Below are positions 9,619 through 17,069 of a stretch of DNA of 42,495 bases, one piece after another (positions within the stretch are counted from its first letter, which is position 1; each line of letters opens with the position of its first letter). The DNA is from Gemmatimonadaceae bacterium. Its GTDB lineage: Bacteria; Gemmatimonadota; Gemmatimonadetes; Gemmatimonadales; Gemmatimonadaceae. Made by a program: the position numbers and the translations under genes. Below the pieces are notes generated by a model, which was not told where the DNA came from, made no database searches, and saw only the letters and a list, made by a program, of their open reading frames with translations. Location of the stretch: the NCBI GenBank assembly GCA_033763905.1, contig JANRJP010000132.1:1-42495 (forward strand), written 5' to 3'.

Positions 9619-10095
9619 TTACTGGCGAACCGCGACCGCCGCGTTCTGCACCGTCACCGGGATGTTCGCGTCGAAGTCCGAGTGGGCCTCGACCGTGTGA
9701 TACAGCGAAATCCCCACCTGCACCGCCGACGTCGTGACCGTCGAGCCCGTCATCGTGCCGCGGTGCTTCTGGCCCGACGCCAACGCGAACGACAGCCCGG
9801 AGCCGGCCGGCGGGTTGAATCGCACTTCGAAGTCGGCGTCGTTGTTGGCGGGATCGGCCGCACCACTCGCATCGAGCCAGGTCACGCGGATCGTCGTCGC
9901 GACGTTGCGCGTCAGGTTGAGCGGGCCACCGGTGACGCCGTTCGGGGTCACCGTCAGCGTCTGCGCGACGGCCGTGCCGTTCAGGACTTCCACGCGGGCC
10001 GAGGTGACGGTGACGTCTTCGTGATCGTGGTCATCGCACGCGGCGAGCGTCACAACCGACAGGGCCAGCGCAGCGAAACGAACGTGCTTCATCAT
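9619..10095 (-). CDS. His-rich lipoprotein associated with TonB receptor (putative metal-binding)
   Basis: GGAGA SD before MMKHVRF; lipobox LAAC followed by DDHDHED; further H residues near C-terminus (KHRG, LYHTVEAHSDF). Confidence 0.8.
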   Translation of the reverse strand: MMKHVRFAALALSVVTLAACDDHDHEDVTVTSARVEVLNGTAVAQTLTVTPNGVTGGPLNLTRNVATTIRVTWLDASGAADPANNDADFEVRFNPPAGSGLSFALASGQKHRGTMTGSTVTTSAVQVGISLYHTVEAHSDFDANIPVTVQNAAVAVRQ

Positions 10096-10145
10096 TGAGC
10101 AGTCTCCAGAGGGAGATGGGTGTTGGTGGACCCGCGGAATGCGGA

Positions 10146-12425
10146 TCACAGGGTAATGCGGTACAACAACGACAGATTCCGCCCGGCCTCGGGCAGAACC
10201 ACCTTGGTCCGCGACAGATGGTCGCGGTAGAGCGTGTTGCCGGCGTTATCGAGCCGAAGCGTCAACGCGTGCAGGCGTGAACCCACCAGCAGTCGGACGC
10301 CAGCCGAGACGTTCAGCACCGCGTAGCCGTCGGTCGGCCGTTCGTAGTCGCCGGTCAGCGGCTGGGCGGCCGCCGCACGCACCGTGGCGCCGGCGAACCA
10401 GCGGCGACTCTCCCAGCGCGTGCCGATCGTCCCTTGCACGGGCGGGATCCACGGCAGCCACTGCGATGCGGGACCCGCCGGAAACGAATCGGTCGGCGTC
10501 GCCGTGGCCGGCACCGAGTCCCGCGCCATCACGTTCAGGCGACGCGCCCACACCGAGGACAACGTGCCTTCCACCACCCAGCTCGGCGACAGCGCGACGC
10601 TCATCGACCCGTCGACGCCGGTGAATCGGGCATCGGTGTTGACGTACTGGAACTTCGGCGCGAATCCCTGGCGGCCGATCTCGCCGGTGTTCCGCGCATA
10701 GATGAAGTCGCGCAGCTCGTTGCGGAACACGCCAAGCTCCGCCGACACGATGCCGCGCTGCACGCGCACGAAGACATCGGTGCCAAGCCCTCGCTCCTGC
10801 CGGATCTCGGGATTTCCTACGTCGTAGGAGTAGGCTGCAAGATGCGGCCCGTCCGAGAACAACTCGTTGAAGTCCGGCGTCCGAAACGCCTGCGCCACGG
10901 TCGCCCCGACGCGAACCCCGTCCAGGAGCTCGTACTGCGCGCCAACCGAACCGGACAGCGACCCGAAGGTGCGACGACGCACCGGCGTCAGCACGCCACC
11001 GACATCGACCGTGCGTCGCGCATCGAGCGGAATGAACTGCGCCACTTCGTAGCGAAGCCCGGTCTGGCCGCGCAGACGACCGCGCCCGAACTCCTGCACG
11101 GCGAAGGCGGCCAGACTCCAGTCCCCGGTGTCGGTCGCCCGGTTCGCGCCGCCGATCTCCACCGCGCGCACTTGTGCACGCATCCCGATCGCCCCGGAAG
11201 CCATCGGCCCCACTTCACCGTGACGCGCCTGCGCTTCGAGCGCCCCGACGTGTTGCAGGAAGCTCACCGTCACGCGGCCCGGCGCGCCCAGTTCCTGATG
11301 CGCATACAACGTGTACTGCGCCGAGCCGCGGACCGACGAGAAGGGTCCGCGCGCGGGATGCCGCTCGCCCTCGACGCGCGCCGTGTTGCGAAACATCCGC
11401 AGATCAACACCGTTGGGGTGCGCCCCGGTGAAGCCCCCCGGCAGGCCGTAGCTCGAGAAGTACGTACGCAACGCCACGCCCACGTGGCCTTCGGGGCCGA
11501 TGCGCGAGACACCGATCGCCGCGTTGTACGTCCCGAGCCCGGTGTTGGTCATCACGCCACCGGGTGTCCGCAGATCCCCCGCCTGACGCCCCGAGGCTTC
11601 GAGCCGCAGCGCGGTGCGGCCCCGCGCCGTGGTGAACACGCCCGTCAGGCCGCCGCCCGGCTGGACACTGCTGCCGTGCACCGCCAGCGAGCCGTGCGCA
11701 TCATCCGGGAGCGAGGTCGGCACCACTTCCTGCACGACGTTCACCACACCACCCAGCGCGTTCGAGCCATACAACAGCGACATCGGGCCGCGCACGACTT
11801 CGATCTGCTTCGCCGACGCCGGCTCGATCGCCGTCGCGTGATCAGAGGTCGTACCCGACAGATCGCCTGTCCGCAAACCGTCTTCGAGCATCAGCACTCG
11901 GTCGCCACCCAAGCCCCGCAGCACGGGACGCGCCGTCGCCGGCCCGACGGATGTCGCGACGAAGCCCGGTGTGCCCGAGAGTGTGGCGCTCACCGTCGGC
12001 TCGAGCCGGCGGTCGAGCGCCGCCCCCGACACCACCGTGGTCGAGCTCAGCGCGTCGGCCGCCGTGCGTTCGTCCACCGCCCCCGTCACCACGGTCGCGG
12101 CCAGCTGCGCGGCCGAGCGCACCAGTCGCAGCGTCAGAGCGGCGGTGTCTGCGGCCGCCAGGACGCGGGTCGCGGGCGCGTAGCCGATCCGCTGCACGAC
12201 CAGCGTGAACGGCCCCGTGGGCAACGCCTCGAAGCGGAACCGGCCGTCTTCGTGTGTCGTGACCTCCCGATGCAGTTCCAGGAGGCGCACCCGCGCGAAC
12301 GCCAAGGGCTCCGCCGTCGCGTTGTCGACGACGACGCCGCGGATCTCTCGCCGCGCCGCAACCGACTGCGCGACGACCGGCGCCGCCAGGGTCAGCGTGC
12401 ACAACGCGGCCAGCGGTAGCCGCAT
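10146..12425 (-). CDS. TonB-dependent receptor, ZnuD-like, with N-terminal carboxypeptidase-like domain
   Basis: Signal MRLPLAALC...VAQ; RIGYAP N-domain; plug motifs RPVLRGLGGDRV, SDHA, IEVVRGPMSLLYG; FRTPDFNELFSDGPH; C-terminal GRNLSLLYRITL. Alternative ATG at 12470. Confidence 0.9.
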   Translation of the reverse strand: MRLPLAALCTLTLAAPVVAQSVAARREIRGVVVDNATAEPLAFARVRLLELHREVTTHEDGRFRFEALPTGPFTLVVQRIGYAPATRVLAAADTAALTLRLVRSAAQLAATVVTGAVDERTAADALSSTTVVSGAALDRRLEPTVSATLSGTPGFVATSVGPATARPVLRGLGGDRVLMLEDGLRTGDLSGTTSDHATAIEPASAKQIEVVRGPMSLLYGSNALGGVVNVVQEVVPTSLPDDAHGSLAVHGSSVQPGGGLTGVFTTARGRTALRLEASGRQAGDLRTPGGVMTNTGLGTYNAAIGVSRIGPEGHVGVALRTYFSSYGLPGGFTGAHPNGVDLRMFRNTARVEGERHPARGPFSSVRGSAQYTLYAHQELGAPGRVTVSFLQHVGALEAQARHGEVGPMASGAIGMRAQVRAVEIGGANRATDTGDWSLAAFAVQEFGRGRLRGQTGLRYEVAQFIPLDARRTVDVGGVLTPVRRRTFGSLSGSVGAQYELLDGVRVGATVAQAFRTPDFNELFSDGPHLAAYSYDVGNPEIRQERGLGTDVFVRVQRGIVSAELGVFRNELRDFIYARNTGEIGRQGFAPKFQYVNTDARFTGVDGSMSVALSPSWVVEGTLSSVWARRLNVMARDSVPATATPTDSFPAGPASQWLPWIPPVQGTIGTRWESRRWFAGATVRAAAAQPLTGDYERPTDGYAVLNVSAGVRLLVGSRLHALTLRLDNAGNTLYRDHLSRTKVVLPEAGRNLSLLYRITL

Positions 12426-12570
12426 CAGCACGTGAAACGCCCGCCGGCGTGCGAACTCAAAGCCGAACATTGCTAGACACAACCACGATTGTCTGGAGGC
12501 AGAAATGGCGCATCGGGCCGACCCACCGATGCGGACGGGCGCTCGTGGCGCCCAGAAGCGTGGTCGGCGG

Positions 12571-12918
12571 TTACGCCGTCGGCGGCGCGCGTGCCGCCGA
12601 GGACCCCTCGGCCACCGCGCCGCACGCTTGAATTGCGCGCGCGTGCACTGCCCGCGTCGCCTGCACGGGCAATGCCGACGGCAACAGCGGGGTCGCCTCG
12701 ATCGGTGCCCGCAGCACGGAGCACCAGCTGCACGTCGAGTGATCGTGCCCCGGGACGTGGGACGTCGTGCCCGCATCCTCGACGTGCGCGCCAACGGCCG
12801 ATGCCGCCGCGGCCGATGCGGCCGCCTCGGCAAACGCGGGCACGGCGGTCAGCGTCGCCCACGCCAGCACGGCGAAGACCACGGCAAACGCTCGCAGGAA
12901 GCGACGGGAAGTCGTCAC
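12571..12918 (-). CDS. DUF2946/CruR-like leader protein: signal/TM - HDH-xx-CxxC - RAPP arrest motif (115 aa)
   Basis: Tail of shadow ORF 12571..15183; GTG start MTTSRRFLRAFAVVFAVLAWATLTAVPAFA, SHVPGHDHSTCSWC, ends AARAPPTA*; directly upstream of the TBDT. Confidence 0.8.
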   Translation of the reverse strand: MTTSRRFLRAFAVVFAVLAWATLTAVPAFAEAAASAAAASAVGAHVEDAGTTSHVPGHDHSTCSWCSVLRAPIEATPLLPSALPVQATRAVHARAIQACGAVAEGSSAARAPPTA

Positions 12919-12919
12919 G

Positions 12920-12953
12920 TGATAAACGGTAATCAAAAACCCGGGCACCGCAA
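12920..12953 (-). promoter_or_regulatory. Putative leaderless promoter with overlapping Fur-family-like palindrome
   Basis: Minus strand TTGCGG-N16-TACCGT-N7-GTG; imperfect palindrome TGATAAACGGTAATCA (12920-12935) covers the -10 and the adjacent spacer. Confidence 0.45.
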
Positions 12954-13034
12954 TCGGTGGAACGGTCCAAGTCGATGCCCTATCACGATTTGCGCCATTT
13001 CGTTCCACCCAACCGAAAAGCCGATGCGGTCGAA

Positions 13035-13064
13035 TTGACCCATCCTGCCGAAAGTCCGTACATT
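13035..13064 (+). promoter_or_regulatory. Putative sigma70 promoter for pckA
   Basis: TTGACC-N18-TACATT, about 95 nt upstream of pckA ATG. Confidence 0.55.
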
Positions 13065-13158
13065 TCCCAGTCTGATCGCGTCTCCCAGTGGACCTGCGCC
13101 CGTCGACCTCCCGGTCGACGACCGCGGAGGTCCCTTTCTGACTTTTGGTGCACACGGA

Positions 13159-14769
13159 ATGACTCCGTCCGCTCCCGCCACCACCCGTGAGGCCTCGTCC
13201 TCGCTGGCCGCACAAGGCCTGACCCCCTCCGGTGAGGTCCACTGGAACTACGCCGCGCCCCTGCTCGTCGAGGCTGCCATTCGTCGCGGCGAAGGCCGCA
13301 TCGCCGACAACGGGCCCTTCGTCGCCGTCACCTCGCCATTCACCGGGCGCAGCCCCAAGGACAAGTTCGTCGTCCGTGAACCGGGGTCCGAGGCCGACGT
13401 CGATTGGGGCACGGTCAACCAGCCGATCACGCTCACGCACTACCAGCACCTGCTCGAGGACGTGCGGCACTTCCTCGATCAGCAGGGCGAACTCTTCGTG
13501 CAGGACCTCTACTGCGGCGCCGATCCGCAGTACCGGCTGTCCGTGCGCTACGTGACCCCGAAGGCGTGGCACTCGCTCTTCGTGCGGAACATGTTCATCC
13601 GCCCGGAAACGGCCGAGCTCGCGGGCTTCGCCCCCAACTTCACGGTGCTGCACGCGCCGGACTTCGTCGCCGATCCGACGCGGCACGGCACGCGCACCGG
13701 CACGTTCATCGTCCTGAACCTCGCCGAGCGCACCATTCTGATCGGCGGCACGCAGTACGCGGGTGAACTCAAGAAGTCGATGTTCACCGTGATGAACTAC
13801 TACCTGCCGAAGCAGGGACTGCTGTCGATGCACTGCTCGGCCAACGTCGGCCCCGAAGGACGCAGCGCCCTGTTCTTCGGGCTCTCGGGCACGGGCAAGA
13901 CCACCCTGTCCGCCGACCCGGAACGCGGCCTGATCGGCGACGACGAACACGGCTGGGGCCCGAACGGCATCTTCAACTACGAAGGCGGCTGCTACGCCAA
14001 GGTCATCAATCTCTCGGCCGAAGCCGAACCGGACATCTATGCCACGACGCAGATGTTCGGCACCGTACTCGAAAACGTCGTCCTCGACGAAGGCCGCAAG
14101 GTCCGCTTCGACGACCAGTCGATCACCGAGAACACGCGCGCGTCGTATCCGCTCCCGTTCATCAAGAATCACGTCCCGTCGGGGCGCGGCCCGCATCCGA
14201 CCGACATCGTCTTCCTGACCTGCGACGCCTACGGCGTCCTCCCGCCGATCGCGCGGCTCACCAAGGAACAGGCGATGTACTACTTCCTGTCGGGCTACAC
14301 GGCGAAGGTCGCCGGGACCGAGCGCGGCGTCACGGAACCGCAGGCCACGTTCTCGGCCTGCTTCGGCGCCGTGTTCCTCGTGTGGCATCCGACCAAGTAC
14401 GCCGAGATGCTCGGCGAGCTGCTCGACAAGCACCAGAGCCGCGTGTGGCTGCTCAACACCGGCTGGAGCGGCGGTGCCGCCGGCACCGGGAGCCGGATGA
14501 AGATCTCCTGGTCGCGTGCGATGGTGCGCGCCGCCCTCGCGGGGGCACTCGACAAGGTACCGACGACGGTCGACCCGATCTTCGGACTCGCCGTACCGCA
14601 GTCGATCCCCGACGTGCCGGCGGCCGTGCTCTCGCCGCGGTCGACCTGGACTGATCCCAGCGCATACGACGCGCAGGCGAAGAAGCTCGTCGGGATGTTC
14701 CACGAGAACTTCAAGAAGTTCGGCACCGCCGTCAGCGACGCGATCCGCAACGCCGGCCCCAAGGGCTGA
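13159..14769 (+). CDS. pckA: Phosphoenolpyruvate carboxykinase (ATP)
   Basis: TGRSPKDKF, YAGELKK, MHCSAN, FFGLSGTGKTTLS, LIGDDEHGW, FSACFG. Confidence 0.98.
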   Translation: MTPSAPATTREASSSLAAQGLTPSGEVHWNYAAPLLVEAAIRRGEGRIADNGPFVAVTSPFTGRSPKDKFVVREPGSEADVDWGTVNQPITLTHYQHLLEDVRHFLDQQGELFVQDLYCGADPQYRLSVRYVTPKAWHSLFVRNMFIRPETAELAGFAPNFTVLHAPDFVADPTRHGTRTGTFIVLNLAERTILIGGTQYAGELKKSMFTVMNYYLPKQGLLSMHCSANVGPEGRSALFFGLSGTGKTTLSADPERGLIGDDEHGWGPNGIFNYEGGCYAKVINLSAEAEPDIYATTQMFGTVLENVVLDEGRKVRFDDQSITENTRASYPLPFIKNHVPSGRGPHPTDIVFLTCDAYGVLPPIARLTKEQAMYYFLSGYTAKVAGTERGVTEPQATFSACFGAVFLVWHPTKYAEMLGELLDKHQSRVWLLNTGWSGGAAGTGSRMKISWSRAMVRAALAGALDKVPTTVDPIFGLAVPQSIPDVPAAVLSPRSTWTDPSAYDAQAKKLVGMFHENFKKFGTAVSDAIRNAGPKG

Positions 14770-14788
14770 TCGCTCGCATCGAATGCAC

Positions 14789-14823
14789 CAACGGGGCATC
14801 CTCCGGGGTGCCCCGTTGCGTTT
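14789..14823 (+). terminator. Intrinsic terminator after pckA
   Basis: 13-bp stem CAACGGGGCATCC / GGGTGCCCCGTTG (one G-U), TCCG loop, followed by CGTTT. Confidence 0.7.
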
Positions 14824-14844
14824 GGCTCCCGTACTTTCCCGCCG

Positions 14845-16080
14845 ATGCCGCTGACCACCATCCGTGATCCGCTCTGGGGAACGATCCGTCTCGACCCGCT
14901 CGCCGAGCGCCTGGTCGATGCCGCGCCGTTCCAGCGGCTGCGACACATCCGGCAGCTCGGCTGGGCGTTCTTGGTGTACCCCGGCGCCACGCACTCGCGC
15001 TTCGAACACGCGGTCGGCGCGTACCACTTGGCCGGGCTCGCCCTCGCGCGGCTCGACGAAGCTGGCGCGCTCACCCACGTCTCGGCGTTGCAGCGTGCCG
15101 AAGCGCGAATGGCCGCGCTGCTCCACGATATCGGCCACTACCCGTTCTCCCACGCCCTCGAAGAGATCGGCCTGGCCCATCACGAGGCCCTCGGCCAGCA
15201 GCTCGTCACGTCCGGTGTCATTGCGGAGTTGCTCGCCGAAGCGCTCGGCCCCGACGCCCCCGCGAACATTGCGGCGCTCATTCGGGGCGCGAGCCGGTCG
15301 CCACTGCAGGGCCTGATCGCTGGATCACTCGATCTCGACAAGCTCGAGTATCTCCGCCGCGACGCGCGGATGTGCGGCGTGCCGTATGGTGACATCGACG
15401 TCGATCGCCTACTGCACGCGATGACCATCGTGCCGGCACCAGCTGGCGATGCCGTCGGCCAGCCCACCCTGGGGATCGCCGCCAAGGGGCTCTCGGCGCT
15501 GGAATCGCTGCTCTTCGCCAAGTACCAGATGTATCGCAACGTGTACTGGCACCACGCCGTCCGCAGCGCCACCGCGATGTACAAGCGACTCGTCGACGAC
15601 GCCGCGCGCGCGGGCCGCGTCGATGTCGCGCGCATCGGCAGCTACAGCGACGAAGGCCTGCTCCACGCGCTTGACGACGCGGGCCAGACGCCGATGCTCG
15701 ATGCGCTGCGGACGCGACGCCTGTTCAAGCGTGCGCTCGATGTGCCGGCGGCCGAGCTCGATGATCCGGAAGCCCTCGACTGGATCTCCGACGACCGCGA
15801 ACGGGCCCGCGCCGCCGAAGACGCGCTCGCGCGCACGCACGGCCTCGCGCCCGGCGACTTGCTCCTCGACTACCCGGCCAAGACGCAGATGCTCGGGCTC
15901 GACATCCCGGTCGTGAAGCGTGAAGGCTCCGTCGAGTGGCTCACGACCGCAGGAATGGCGGGCGCGATCGACCTGCCCCTGCTTTCCACGCAGTTCTACC
16001 GCTCCGCACGCTGGCTGCGCGTGTTCAGCCGAGTACCGTTGCACCTCGACGCCGCCAACGTGTTGGCCGCGCTTCGTTGA
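14845..16080 (+). CDS. HD-domain phosphohydrolase (SAMHD1-like dNTPase family)
   Basis: FQRLRHIRQLG, VYPGATHSRFEH, LLHDIGHYPFSH, DLDKLEYLRRD, VYWHH. Confidence 0.9.
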   Translation: MPLTTIRDPLWGTIRLDPLAERLVDAAPFQRLRHIRQLGWAFLVYPGATHSRFEHAVGAYHLAGLALARLDEAGALTHVSALQRAEARMAALLHDIGHYPFSHALEEIGLAHHEALGQQLVTSGVIAELLAEALGPDAPANIAALIRGASRSPLQGLIAGSLDLDKLEYLRRDARMCGVPYGDIDVDRLLHAMTIVPAPAGDAVGQPTLGIAAKGLSALESLLFAKYQMYRNVYWHHAVRSATAMYKRLVDDAARAGRVDVARIGSYSDEGLLHALDDAGQTPMLDALRTRRLFKRALDVPAAELDDPEALDWISDDRERARAAEDALARTHGLAPGDLLLDYPAKTQMLGLDIPVVKREGSVEWLTTAGMAGAIDLPLLSTQFYRSARWLRVFSRVPLHLDAANVLAALR

Positions 16081-16084
16081 CGAC

Positions 16085-16117
16085 GCACTGACCGTCGCGC
16101 GCCGCGACGGTCAGTGC
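16085..16117. terminator. Perfect 15-bp hairpin between convergent genes
   Basis: GCACTGACCGTCGCG-CGC-CGCGACGGTCAGTGC. Confidence 0.75.
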
Positions 16118-16290
16118 TCGGACTTCGCTCGGCCGTGGGCGTCAGCCAACGCGCGCCCGATCCCGCGGTAGAAGGCCGCATCCTCGGCCTTGCCCTCCGC
16201 CTCCAGCGCGAGCGCACAGCGCTCCAGCGCGTACAGCAGGTTGCCGAGGTACAACTCCGCGACCGCGCCGACCGAAGCCGGCGTGGTCAC
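16111..16290 (-). CDS. Small (59 aa) helical protein coupled to PP2C gene; below ORF-track cutoff
   Basis: GTG overlaps PP2C TGA (GTGA); MTTPASVGAVAELYLGNLLYALERCALALEAEGKAEDAAFYRGIGRALADAHGRAKSEH*; GC3-rich codons; ends at the terminator hairpin. Confidence 0.7.
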   Translation of the reverse strand: MTTPASVGAVAELYLGNLLYALERCALALEAEGKAEDAAFYRGIGRALADAHGRAKSEH

Positions 16291-17069
16291 TCGACAGCCT
16301 GCATCGACGTGGTCGGCCGCGTGACTTCCTCGTCAACCTGCGACACCTGCACGACGATCGCCGTGATGTTGTCGAGGCCGCCGCGGCCGTTGGCCTCGCG
16401 GATCAGCAAATCCACCAGCCGCTGCGGCGGCTGACGCTGCATCAGCACCTGGAGCAGTCGCTTGTCATCGACCATCCCGGTCAGGCCGTCGGAGGCCACC
16501 AGGAAGAGATCGCCCGCCAGCACGCTGCCCGTGAACACGTCGGGCTCGACGTTCTCGGCGGCGCCGACGCAGCGGGTGATCACGTTGCTGTAGGGGTGGT
16601 AGCGCGCCTGCTCCGGCGTCAGGAAGCCCGCGTCCACCTGCTCCTGCACGTAGGAATGGTCCTTCGTGAGCTGATGCAGCTGGCCGTTGCGCAGCAGGTA
16701 CACCCGAGAGTCACCGACCTGGCCGATCACGTAGCGCGAACCGCCGAGCATCAGCATCGACACGGTCGTGCCCATTCCCTGCTTGTCGACTTCCGCGAGG
16801 GTGCGCTCGTAGATCGCGCGGTTGGCGTTCCGCACGGCGCGGGCGATATGGCGATCGACATCGCTGGCCGCCAGATCGTTCACGGCGTCGAGCTCGCGCG
16901 TCACGATCTGCACCGCCATTTCCGAGGCGACTTCGCCGGCCGCGTGGCCGCCCATCCCGTCGGCAACGATGAACAAGCCCCGATGCCCATTGGCATCGGC
17001 GAAGAACGCGTCCTCGTTGCCGGCGCGAATCATCCCGACATCCGTTCGTGCTGCGACCGAGAACTGCAC
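16287..17069 (-). CDS. PP2C-type Ser/Thr protein phosphatase (Stp1/PrpC family)
   Basis: GTG overlapping upstream TAG; TDVGMIRAGNED, VADGMGGH, GMGTT, VGDSRVY, LTKDHS, ASDGL, DNIT. Confidence 0.95.
   Translation of the reverse strand: MQFSVAARTDVGMIRAGNEDAFFADANGHRGLFIVADGMGGHAAGEVASEMAVQIVTRELDAVNDLAASDVDRHIARAVRNANRAIYERTLAEVDKQGMGTTVSMLMLGGSRYVIGQVGDSRVYLLRNGQLHQLTKDHSYVQEQVDAGFLTPEQARYHPYSNVITRCVGAAENVEPDVFTGSVLAGDLFLVASDGLTGMVDDKRLLQVLMQRQPPQRLVDLLIREANGRGGLDNITAIVVQVSQVDEEVTRPTTSMQAVE

Noticed and set aside
12919..15183. N-terminal 755 codons of the 870-aa minus-strand ORF
   Set aside because: Mostly antisense to pckA and the HD gene; only the last 115 codons look like a real protein
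14845..16080. HD hydrolase as an anti-phage dNTPase
   Set aside because: Common housekeeping family in a core-gene context; nothing here indicates a defence island
16142..16336. 64-aa minus-strand ORF in the track
   Set aside because: Arg/Gly-rich wrong frame; the coupled 16111..16290 frame fits better
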